64,000 nt of DNA from Eledone cirrhosa. Lineage: Eukaryota. Shown in pieces: positions 36,906 through 49,065 of this stretch (position 1 is the first letter of the stretch; every line of letters starts with the position of its first letter). The position numbers and the translations under genes are program-made. The notes under the pieces were generated by a model. That model was not told where the DNA came from. It was given only the letters and a program-made list of their open reading frames with translations, and made no database searches. The stretch lies in contig OZ024742.1 in assembly GCA_964016885.1 (NCBI GenBank), positions 297,228,001 through 297,292,000 on the forward strand. The letters are read 5' to 3'.

Positions 36906-37407
36906 TGTCCCCCTTGCTTCTGCTGGACATCACCAGGGGGCGTTAGCCCCCCCCCCGGTGTTTGCATAGCTACGGCTTCCTAAAGCCATGTTTCTTTGGA
37001 GATACGAAACATTTATACATTTTGATTTTATTGTTATATTCATTTATCTCTGTCTATCTTGTTTTTGTTTCTCAACTGTAAGAAGAACTAGACACCTCTT
37101 CTAGTCACCTCTTCTAGTCTATAGATTTAATATATAAATATATCGTTTAAATTTAATATATAAATAAATAAATCTACACATATTTAGAAGGCTTGAGAAC
37201 TTTACTCCCATGCCCCTCCCAGGTATAAGTGGAAGAAGGGGAAGGAGGACGAGCAGGAGGAATAAGAAGAATTATTTTAAATGTTTTAATAAATTTTGGA
37301 CTGACATGAAAGTTCAGCCATGCATGTGATAAATAAGGAAATGAAAGGAATCGATCATTAGGACCAAGAAAACTACATTTCCATTGGTATTTTCATTGTT
37401 GATATTG

Positions 37408-37580
37408 TGTAGGTGTCATGGCAAAAAGCACCCAGCACACACTGTCAATGTGGTTGGCATTAGGAAGGACATGCAGCTGTAGAAAACCAGCCAGAAACTC
37501 TCCTATATGAACGAGTCATGGTCACCCGACCCATGCTAGGGTGGAAGATAGATGTTAATTTATATGATGATGATGATGAT
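37408..37580 (+). mobile_element. RTE/SINE 3' tail fragment
   Basis: gcacccagcacacactgt..ggttggcattaggaagg..cccatgctagggtggaaga..(GAT)n. Confidence 0.75.
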
Positions 37581-40014
37581 ACTATCTGTTGGTTGCAACT
37601 CCTGGAAGAAAAGTATGTGATAAAAACATAATTATATTCTGAATTTTCATTCTAATATCCTTTTCAAAGGGAACAGAACATATTGAACACAAGGAAATAG
37701 ATGTACAAGTGATTTGTTAAGGAGATTGAATGGGACTGTAGTAGTAATGATGTTGGTGTTAGTAGTAGGAACAGCAGCTGCCATAATGGTGTTGTTGGTG
37801 GTGGTGGTGGTGGTAGTAGTAGTAGTAACTTGTAGCAACTGTATTGAGAATTTCCTCTCAATTTCATTAAATTTGGTGTAAGGATGAAAGAATTAGATTA
37901 GAAGTTAAAGGTTAGAACATGCCTCTACATCTGACTTTGATGATGTTTGGATATTCAATTTTTACTTTTTAACTGATTTTAGAAGCACTGTGATAACTCT
38001 TTAAAATAAATTTTGAACAGACTTCAATGATAAATCCATCCATTTTCTGTAGGTTCTTAACTCTTAGTGTAGTTGTAGGGGTGCTATTATGACATATGAT
38101 GGCACTTAAACATTTGGTGATTAAACTGGCCAAAGCTGATGCCCCTCCAGGCCTCAACACAGCTGATTTATTTAAGAGTAATAAAGGGGGAGAGAGCAAG
38201 AGTGAGAAAGAGATATAGAGTAAGTATCAGCCCCAGTACTGTACTGGTACTTTATTTCTTGACCTTGAGAAGCAGAACAAATACTACATGTTATTCTCTT
38301 TTTGGCTCTTTCAATGATAATGATATCATTTATCGAGTAATAATAAAACAATGATCATAATGGTGATGATGAAAATAAACATAGCATATTTAACTAGGGA
38401 AGAAAAACATTGCTTTAAGTCATAACTTTGAGCATGCAATTCATTGTTTAAAATATAGAGAAGTGGAAAGGAATTTCCTAATTTTATTTTTCAATTATAA
38501 GAAATTTAACGATTGCTATGACTTCAAATAATTTTTCATTTCTTTTGTATGAATTGATTTCTCTCTTTTATGTAATAGAGCTCATGGTTCCATTGCATCA
38601 CTTACAATGCTATACACCTTGAAGCCATATTCTATACTGATTTGTAAGGAAACAACTTCTAAAACATTACTCAAACATTTCATGCTAGCGTGGAAGATAG
38701 ACGTTAAACGATGATGATGATGATGATATTTTCAGTTAAAAATTATACCTTTAGGTTGCAACATGTAATTAGAATAAGAGATGTTGACAACTTACTGGTT
38801 AACATGACCAATGATGATCCTCTATTAGCTTCAACGAGGAGCATTCAATTGTTTAATTAACTGACTCTTCAACTCATAAATTAATGTGTAAGTGGTTGAG
38901 TATTCCACAGACGCATATACTCTTAATGTAATTCCCAAGCCAAATCAGCATAACATAATATATCATAGGACGTTCTAGGTACAAGTACATTACAGTGTAT
39001 GTGGCTGAATATTTCACAGTTTATTTATTGATAATATAATTGACAAGAAGAATCTGTGTTACACAATATATCACAAATCCTGACTTTTGGAGTATAAATA
39101 CAATCCATCTTGTATAACAGTGTATGCAGTTGAATATTTCATCCTAATTTTATATAGGTACCTTTGATAAGTTCTGTTCTAAACTTTTAATTATTTTCAA
39201 AATTATTCGAAATTATAGATAGCGTCTTTCATTAGAAATATGGTAACAAAAGGGTTAACAGGTGCAATGTAAGATATGTTTCAGTGATTTGAGAACTTCA
39301 TCTCAGTAGCAAGACTTCAGCTGCTGTAATCTCAATATAATTAATATTATTTGTTTCTTTTAGATAAGGTGATTTAAAAGACGTTGTCAATTTTGTTAGT
39401 ATTGGAGTTGTAAGGAGTTGGAGAAGTATTTGTATGGTAAATATATTTAATGTACATATCAACATTATCTGTGTCATTATCATCACCATCACCACTAACA
39501 ACAGCAACAATATCATTAATCTTTTTTTATACTAAACCACTTTGGTTTTATGATATAAAACTATTTTGAAGTGTTTTGATTTATCTAAAAACTGAGAAAC
39601 TCCTTTCATCAGCTGTCAATGGAAGATGATTATGATTTCAGCCCCTTCCAACAGTATCCTCCTTCTAGCAGCATTGATGTTGGTAGGGAATGCTTAAGTT
39701 CTTTTGGTTTACCTTGAAGCAGATGTTTTTCATCACATGCAATCACCACAACAAACTGGCTGCAGCTGTAACACCTCCTACCACATAACTATTTTGGTTT
39801 ACTCTTTACTGAGGATTTGTTTTTTACTCTCAGCTTTTGTCTTTTATTTACATGAGCCTGGGTTTACAAATAGCAGATATAGAACTCACTACATAAAGCA
39901 GATTATATATATTTCTGTTTTATTAGCTGAGAATGCTAAATGAGTTACTCATGTGACAACAGTTACTCATATTGAAGCACTTTTGAGAGTCCAGACAAAC
40001 AGTAGCTTCCTTAA

Positions 40015-40765
40015 CTATTTCGATACCAAACCACCTGAAACTGTCACTGGATCTATCTTACGGAGCTGTTCATTTTAAAGTATTTATCATCATCATCATT
40101 TAACATCTATTTTTTCCACACTTGCAAGGAGGAGTTGTGATGTTATGAGTCAAGTCAGGTGAGGTGACCCACGTCTTGCTTAGTATTTTAGCTTGGAATT
40201 TACAGCTGGATGCTTTTCCTAATGCCAACCATGTTACAGTGTGGATTCGGTGCTTTTTATTGTGGCACCAAAACGACCATCAAACTGTGCCTTTGTAGCA
40301 GTCTATGATGATACTGCTATGCCAGGCATTGGGTATGGCACCATTCTGTATTACTTGTTTTACAATTTGTGTGGTGGAAGTGTGATCCACCATCCCAGAT
40401 GATTTCAGCACCTCAGCAATTATCTCTGTCTTCATATCCTTAACTGCCTTAATTACTATTCTATTTCTGACTTGCATGGCTGGACACTTTGTTAGGTCCA
40501 TGGGTCAGATTATCCTCCTCTCATACATTTTCTTAATATGGTAGTCTTTCAAAATGGCACTTCCCTGCTTCTTTCTTTTCAACTTCAATAAGGGATTTAA
40601 AAACCTTCCACCTTCAATTTATGTAAGAAACGTTGTTGTGTTATACTCCTACAACCAGTTTATTTAATAATGAGGATGTTACTTATTTTACTAAATACCT
40701 CAAAATTCTTAATTATTTGAAAATAATAGGTAATGTATTTCATTAGAAATGTGATGACAAAAGAG
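40015..40765. mobile_element. piggyBac-like MITE interrupted by a minus-strand RTE fragment (~40085-40580)
   Basis: TTAA flanks; ends resemble 39230-39258 and 61900-61925; insert ORF 40280-40501 (IIAEVLKSSG..GAIPNAWHSSIIIDCYKG) matches the RTE pre-RT region. Confidence 0.55.
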
Positions 40766-41204
40766 TTAAATTCTAGATTTTATTTGCTATTTTCTTAAGC
40801 TGATATTTGTGAGAATAAATCACAAAATGGTTAAAACTTGTTTTGATGAGAAATTCATTTAAAACAAGTAAACTATTATAGTCTTTTTCAATATAGTGTA
40901 TCTAAATGATTGGAATTCTTTAAATCAGAATAAATTAAGTTGATCAAAATTTATGTTAGATAAAATTAATCCAAAACATTTCAATTAAAAATTGAAAAAG
41001 AAATCGTTTTTTATGGTTTACTGTTAGTGTATATGTTAAAGAAAAAGATACAAATTTTATATTAACCACGATTTATGTGGCATTACTTTTCAATTATTTG
41101 TTTCTTGCAAGGGAATAAAAGATATATCTCTCAATTCTAGCTAGATTCCTGTAGTTAATTGTTATTTCTAGTAAAGGTATAAAGGTAAATTCTTTCCTCT
41201 AGAG

Positions 41205-41581
41205 CAGTGATTATCAAACCTTTTTTTACTCATGGCATGGGGAAAAACATGCTGGTGTAATTTATTCCTAAATTCAAATATTTATTCAAAAGAGGTATTT
41301 ATAGATATTAATATAGCATAAAAGAAGATAGATAATCAAATATACAGAAAAACTATTTATACTTTCTTCTTTAGTCAATAAATGGAGCAAAGTTGTCAAT
41401 GATAAACATGTGTCTGTTGTCTTTTGAAATGTTTTTTTTTTCAGTTTGTCTCTTACATTGACAGATATATATGAACTTTATTATGAACTTACAATTTATA
41501 TTTTTCACATTTTCAAATAGAATCTTTCTCTTGTCCAGTGCTGCTAATTACATTGTGTGGCACACAGTATGGGAAACACTG
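41205..41581. mobile_element. hAT (Charlie-like) MITE
   Basis: TIR cagtgattatcaaac / gtatgggaaacactg; 8-bp flanks ctctagag and ttctagac (nTCTAGAn). Confidence 0.7.
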
Positions 41582-42009
41582 TTCTAGACAGTAAATACAG
41601 TGGGAGATTATAGTTATATAATAAGCAATATACAGAAAAGAAATAGCAGTGACATTGTTACAAGTGAATTATAACTTTTATATCTATATGATATATGATG
41701 GCTCCTCCATTAGTTTCAATGATGAGCCTTCAGTTGTCTGATCAACTGAACATTCACCTTGTGAATCAACTTGTAAGTGATTAAGTATTTAATGTTTATC
41801 TGTATGCTTAATGTAATCCCTAAACCTCAACAGTGTGACATGTGACAAGCCTGGCCTTTTTAATTACAAGGACAATCTATCCGATGGGCTTCCACACAGT
41901 TTTCATCTACGCAATACTTGATTCAACTTGAGGTTATGATAAAGACACTTGCTTGGGGAATCAAACCCAAAACTTCATGACTTATGTAAACTAATTAGCA
42001 ACTCAGTTT

Positions 42010-42665
42010 AGCAGTTTAGGTAACATGACAAAAGAGTACCTATCCTCCCTGCAGAGTGGTCATGCTGGTGAGATTATGGTTCATCACCCAGTCCCCCATC
42101 ACCTGTGAGGTGGTCATGTTGACATGACAGGAAGCACTAAGCCCACTCTGTAAGGTAGTCATATTTGTAGCACAAGAGAAGGCACACTGCATCTTGTGGA
42201 GTAGATAGGCTGGTAGTACAACATAACAATAAATGCTCAGCCTTCCCTGTAAAGTGGACGTGACAGCAACATGACAAAAGTACCCAGCACAACCTGTGGA
42301 GTGATCATGTTGGAGACATGACAAAAAGCACTCATCCCCATTGTAAAGTGGTTGTTTAGGTGCCATGAAAAAATCGCCCAGCCCACACTGTAAAGTGGTT
42401 GTGTTGGTAACATAAAGAAAGTGACCAGTCCACACTGTAAAGTGATCATTTTAGTGCCATGATAAAAGGCACCCAGTCCACACTGTAAATATGGTTGGTG
42501 TTAGGAAGAACATCCTGCTTAGAAACCTAGCCAGAAATGGTTCTGTGTGAGCAAGACACGGTCATCTAATCTGACTTGTCTTGCAACAGGGCAACCTGTC
42601 TAACCCATAGTAGTGTGGAAAATGGATGTTAAACAGTAATGATGATGGTGATAATGATGATGATG
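42010..42665 (+). repeat. Old ~45-bp subunit array ending in an RTE/SINE 3' tail
   Basis: About ten diverged units of catgacaaaa..gcacccagtccacactgtaaagtggt, then gttggtgttaggaag..(GAT)n. Confidence 0.7.
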
Positions 42666-43238
42666 ATATATTCTATAATACTGACAAATTCAGGTGTTGA
42701 ATGTACGTTTTTCTCCTATATTATATTATACAAATAGCTGCCATATCGACTTAATACCAAACTTAAAGCTCTCATTCTTGATCACATAATGAAATAGTTG
42801 AAGACTGAGGAGTTATTTTCGATATTTATCCTTTCAATGTATTCATTGTAACAAACAATACCTGTTTGTAACAGAAGATTTAGTCTTTGTAATAGGTGAC
42901 ATTCATATTTTATTTAATTCTGCAGAACTAAAGTATTGATGTTAACTATCAGGAATTATATGAAGCTCGACAATTTCAAAACTAGTATCAAGAAGCCTTT
43001 GCAAATGGCTGTTCTCTTCAATTCTTGTCTTCATATCTTAGAAATATAATTTATTTTGCTGTCCTATAGTAATACATCTATGCAATGCTCAAATTTGCAT
43101 AAAAATCGCCATGTCCAGCCAAACTACTTAAGCCATTTTCAATGCTACATATATATAGCATTAAAAATACTGTGACTACAACTTAGATTTATACCTATCA
43201 TTATTATTATTATTATTATTATTTTTTTTTTTTTTTTT

Positions 43239-46200
43239 GGCGATCTACGTAGGAAATCGTATCATCGTGAGCTCTGCAAAGGTTTGTTGTTTTCGTTTGT
43301 TTAAAATTGCCATTTATGGAAAATTTTTGTTGTTAACTGTTTATAAGCTCAACAAATTTGCTTTCGGAAAAGGACACTCAAATAGATTGGGGCCTTGAGC
43401 CCAAAATTTAAACTTTTATAATTATCAAACAAACAAATTTCTTTGAAAAATCATGCATGACTCACAGCCACATTCCTCACAAACTAACACCTCACACCGA
43501 CACCACCATTGTAAATATTACTACGTTTGGCAACACTAAAAATATAAGCAGTAGCAATGATTTAAATTTGTCTCATGCAGACATTCATTTCCCGCCATTA
43601 CGAATGACTGCAGGTGTTGAAGCCGCCACCCCCACCACCACCACAGCGATAACAGAAACAAAAGAAAAAATAAATTATCTCGTGACATCGAAATGAATTC
43701 ACCCAGAATGGACTCTTCCACACCAAACACCACTGACGCCACCACCACCACAACTGAAACTAAAAATAACAATAACAAAAATAACGATAACAACAGCAAC
43801 AACAATAATGAGAATAAGAAAACCACCCTGCCTTTTGCCAAAGCAGCAAAAAAGTGCGAAGTAATCCAGGTAACTCAGAAGGAATTAGATGAAGCCAAGA
43901 GAATGGTAAAGAAAGATGGGTACAGGGTCAGCCTCACCTCTCCCCCACCTAATAAAATGGATCATCGGCGCCTATGCACCGTGTCTTATCGGACGATTAA
44001 CATAAAATCACGCTGAGTGGAACGGGCATCCGAGTCCCAAATCCAAAAAGCTTTGGGACATGTGTGGGCAAAAAAAACCCACATCAGACGTGGGCAGAAA
44101 TATGGAACAGTGGACGTGTTCTTTGGAACACCACAGGAGGCCAGAGAACACTCCAAGGCCCCATTAAGAAGTGACGACTTCACACTCGTCCCAAGCTATT
44201 GTGGCCAGAGACTCGTGAAGATCAGGGTGACCCACGTTCCACCGGCCATCAAAATTCCCTGGCTAATGGCTTCCGTCCTCGCCGGCATCGAGCCCAACAC
44301 CAAGATAATCGAAATAGCAAAAGAAAAACAGGGGAACTGGTCCGGATCTGGGATGGAACTCCTGATCCAAGCGGACCAAAAAAGCATTGAGGAGATCCCA
44401 GAGGTAATAAACCTCATTGCCGGCAGCCACCTCACCGTAATCGTCGAGGGCAGAAGGCCTAGGTGGTGAAGGAATCTGCCTAAGGGCTTTCTGCCCTCAG
44501 GCTAAAAGGTTGAGGCCACCTCTCTTACCCACCCCAGTGAAAACAGAGCAACTGGAACAGCAACAACCCCAGCAACAGTAGCAAAACCAACACCACCACC
44601 ACCTACGCGCCAGAACTAGCACCAGTGCCTACACCATTAACCACGCCAAACCAAAACCAACACCTGTGGAGGATTTTCCACTCCCCGACCTATAGCAACA
44701 GCAAACAGATTGTGACGACGAGGAGTGGGAAACGGTATCAGGAAAAAAGAAAAAAAAGAAAAAGAAGCCAAAAAAGAAAAAAATCCTCTTCCTTCCCCCT
44801 CCAAAAACAAAATACAGAGGGAAACAAATAAACTACCAAACAAAAACGTTAGGACAGCTATGCCACCATCCACACCAGCATCACCAACCCCATCACCGCA
44901 AACACCAACACCATCATTAACCCCAACACCACCATCAGCAACACCACAAAAGTCACCAAAAAGCGAAACAGAAACAAACCCACAACAAACGCAAACAAAA
45001 CAAAACAACCAAAACGATACACACTACACAGCATTAAATTTGAACAACCAATTATTACACTACATCCAACACATCACCAGCATCACAGAAAAAGACTACA
45101 CAACACCCCAAAAGTTCACACCACCTCCACACATACAAATCACTCGAAACACACAGAAAACGTACACGACACTAAAACAAAAATTCCCCAAAGACATCGG
45201 AGATTTCCGACAAGCACTCTCCAGGAGGATTTATAAGGACATCCTTCCAGAGGAGGCCACAAGCAGTGAAAAGGATGGAGAAACCATCCTTCTTCTAAGA
45301 GAAGTAAGGTAAGTGGTCTTTCCCATCTTTTCCACTCCATTTCAACATGACCTCACTCAGAATAGGCAGCATAAATGCGCGTGACTTGGGGTCGTCATGG
45401 AAGCAGGGCCACCTGCTCAACAACCTCAGGTCACTAAACATAGATGTAGTGGCCATCAGCGAGACCAGAATCTCCGAAGCACGGGCCTTCGCAGCGATCT
45501 TCGGCGGCTACGATGTGTACCCATCTCCCAGCCGTCCTGGATCGGGGGAGGTGTTGCTGTGGTTTTCTGAGAGGTTTGGATCTCGCCATACGGGCCATCT
45601 TCCTGGACCCAGAAGGTAAGTTGGTGGTGCTGGACTTGACCAGCGGAGACGGGCAAGCTTTCAGGCTAGTGGCCGTCTATGCCCCGACAGGAGCAGCGCG
45701 GCCTGATTTCTTCCGGCGTCTGGAGACCTTTCTTGGAACGTCCCACACTTTAGTGTTAGTGGGTGACTGGAACGGGATCTTAGATGCACGCTGGGACTGT
45801 GTGGGATTAGCGAATAGGGGAGGAGGGTGCAAGAGCCTCACCAACCTGCTCAGGCGTTTTGAACTGTCTGACAGGTACCGATTGGATTTCCAGAATGTGC
45901 CAATGTGGACTTGGACAAACCGCATAGGGTCATCCAGATCATATCTAGATAGAGTATTTTGTAGGGAACTAGATAGGTCTAGCATAGGATGTCCAGAATT
46001 CAAGATAGTCAGCTACACGGACCACAGTTTCGTGATCTGTGTGCTTGACTTAGATAGGCTTCATAGATGAGGACCAGGCTTCTGGAAGCTAAACGCGTCC
46101 TTACCAGCGCGCAAGGCCTACAGAGACCGGAGTAGCGAACTAGTTAAGCGGGCGTTGACGGGGGCCATCGTCAACAACAAGTGGTGGTTTGCTCTGAAAA

Positions 46201-48994
46201 GAGCGATTAGAATAGAGTCCATTAGGTTTAGTAAGGCTTTAGCAATAGAGAAAAATAGAGCAGGGGGAGAACTAGTTAGAAAATTAGACGAGGCGCTTAG
46301 CAAAGGCATCGCGACCGACGTACTTGCGGCGCAATTGGCACTTGACCAATTGTTCAATGCAAAGCACGAAGGCTGCGTTGTCAGAGCTAGAGTGCGTGCT
46401 CTCAGACACGAGGGGACGAAAGCCATACAATGGGCCCGAGTGGCGGAGGCGCGTCGTGGCAACAAAGCCACGATCCGGTCTTTGGTGGACCACGACGGGC
46501 GCATGCTACTCGATCCGGGCAACTGTGTGAAGCTTTTCAGCGACACTTCACTCAGCTATTCTGGAGCAGCGGCGGGCCGGATCGAGGGATGGACTTTAGT
46601 GTCTACTTCGACAGACTGCCGCGGCTCTCGGCCACTGAGGCGGAGAGTGGCGAAAAGCCGATAACAGCCGCTGAAGTACGGGAGGCAATGACTGGCTGCA
46701 CGAGGGGTAAATCGCTTGGTTTGGATGGTCTGCCCTATGAAGTTTACGTACAGATGCCAGACTTGTTCGGAGGCCTCTTGGCGGACGTCTACTGCAACTG
46801 GCAACAGAACGGGAGAATTCCCAGCTCTGTGGGCCGAGGAGCTGTGGCGCTGCTGAGAAAGGATCCGAACAAGGGGGATAACATAGATAATTTCAGGCCC
46901 ATATCTCTGCTAAACACAGAGTTCAAGATTTTGGCCAAGGTGCTAGCAAAGAGGTTGGCGCTTGTCGTTGGTGGTCTGGTGAGAGAAGCGCAGACATGCG
47001 CAATTCCCGACAGATCCATCCACGACAACCTCCACCCCATGCGATACATCGTGGAGAGGGTAGATAGGGAACCTGGCACGGGTGGGTCGTTGATCAATTT
47101 AGATCAGTCGAAAGCATTCGATAGGGTCGACCATCGTTACCTAGCGGCAGGCCTGAGGGCGGCTGGCTTTTAGGCTCGTCTTCAGAGGCTGGATCGCTGC
47201 CATGCAAAGCGACATCTGCTCTGTGGTGAGAGTGAACGGTCACCTTTCGGAACCGTTCAACATCATGCGCTCGGTCCGCCAAGGATGTTCCCTCTCGTCC
47301 CTCTTGTAGGTATTGACTCTCGAGCCATTACTGCACAAACTGGAGACGTTGAGGGGGATCCCGCGCGAACTAGGATGCGGAAGATCCGTATCAGCATATG
47401 CGGACGATGTCACCGTAGTGGTGTCGAACGCCAAACACATCAAGGCGATCGGCACTACACTAAGAGAATACGAAGCGGTGACAGGAGCAATGATCAACCA
47501 GGAAAAGTCAGTGGGCCTGCAGCTCGGCAACTGGAGAGGCAGGTCCATGCTGTCCAACAGCGTCGTCGGGCGCTGAACGGACGGAGCGGTTAAATTGCTA
47601 TGTGTCTGGTTCGGTCCGGACCTCCAGACGGACAAAAACTGGGACGAGGTGACCAGCAGGGTGGTTTCTCTCACCCACAAATGGGCGGAGAGGAATTTAT
47701 CCCTGAAAGGTCGAGCGGAGGTGGCTAACGTCCGTCATCTACTACTGCCTGACCATAGTACCTTGTCCTAAGCCCCTCCTAACTGCGCTGGAGCGTTTGC
47801 TCTTTCGCTTTTTGTGGAAGGGACGCGCTCCGATGGTCAGGCGGTCCTTCTGCTGTCAACACCCGCTACGTGAAGGGCTGGGCAATGCCGTGGCTGATGA
47901 TGCGCAGACACGCGCTCAGGCTACGACATCTCCACCTCTTCCTCGACGGTGATCAGGTGTGGTCGCCGTTTGCTAGACGCGTATTTCCCCAGCTCGTCTC
48001 CTTGACGGAGCTGCAGTCCTGGGTCAAGCGAAGACCGAGAGGGAGTGCTTGGAGACTTGAATGTCTTCAGGCGCTCACAGCCCTCGACCAATCGGGCAAT
48101 GTGATCGGTGGAAACTCCACCTTGGCGTTCTATAGAGGATGAGTGGAGGGGAAGGCGATGAAGTACTTGGGGAAACTCTAGGCGTCGACGAAAATCAATT
48201 AGCCAATCTCTCCGGAAGAACTTCCGGGCTGGAGCCTATGGACAACTTCCAGAAATCCCTGGCCTGGCAGTGCTACCGAGGAGCTTTGCCAGTTCGGGAT
48301 AAACACTACAGGCATGGAGGTGCCGTCAGCCGGGCATGTCTGAGATGCGCGCAGGGCGACGAAACCGTCCTGCACGCACTCGTCCAGTGTCCGAGCATTG
48401 CTGACTTGTGAGTTTATGTTGAACACCTGCTGTCGTGTGTAGGACGGATCCAGCTATCAGCTGAGTCGATCGTGAGGATTGCTCCGCCCTCTTCCTTTAG
48501 CCGGGAAGGGCAGGCAGTTTTTATCTGTCTGGTGGCCATGGCGAAAGAGATAGTATGGTGGACACGTTTGAAAGGGCTGAAGACGAGCATTTACCTCTTC
48601 GGTGATGCCCTGATTAACTTTTTCAAATTTCATTTGAAAAGGAAAATCAGGGTAGAGAGGGAAGTGCTCTCTTCCCAGCATTTTGTTGAAAGATGGGTGG
48701 CAAGAATGGCCCGAGTGAATGTGCCTACTCTGTGTATGTGTCTGTAAATTAAAGGTGGAAAACTTGGAGAGGGCACTTGCCCTGGCGGTTAGGGTCACTG
48801 TGGATTTTTAATGGGCTTTCTCCACGAATGTCCCTCAGAAGTCTCCCCCGTATTGGGGAATTTTTCATTGTTATTTTTTTGTTACATACTCTGTTTTTGT
48901 TTTTTACACGCAGAAATGCCCATTTGTACCGTCCTGTATTGTCCTGTACTGTCCTTAATGTCTACTTTATGTAAACCCTTGTGGTTAATAATGA

Positions 48995-48997
<3 letters not shown>
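43239..48997 (+). mobile_element. Apparently full-length, decayed Tx1/L1-clade LINE in (TTA)n
   Basis: ORF1 pieces 43457-45312; ORF2 45347-48747 with APE (SINARDL, AISETR, VYAP, VGDWN, SYLDR, TDH), RT (NFRPISLLN, LDQSKAFDRV, RQGC, AYADDV) and CCHC CLRC..ETVLHALVQC; (TTA)n on both flanks. Confidence 0.92.
45347..48747 (+). pseudogene. Tx1/L1 ORF2 (APE-RT-CCHC), fragmented
   Basis: Consecutive ORF pieces 45347, 45513, 46155, 46430, 47313, 47870, 48139 and 48472 carry the motifs in the expected order. Confidence 0.88.

Positions 48998-49064
<67 letters not shown>
48998..49064. repeat. (TAT)n microsatellite shared by two LINE 3' ends
   Basis: Pure trinucleotide run between the Tx1-like and R4/Dong-like elements. 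Confidence 0.95.

Positions 49065-49065
<1 letters not shown>

Larger units (their letters stand above)
36424..37020. mobile_element. Non-coding hammerhead-bearing fold-back/permuted element, family D (monomer ~327 nt)
   Basis: 36467-36695 mirrors 36800-37020; 36424-36465 mirrors 36695-36737. Confidence 0.85.

Noticed and set aside
39350-39445. Possible host exon (polypyrimidine-AG ... GTAAAT)
   Set aside because: Stops in all three frames and no supporting neighbouring exons
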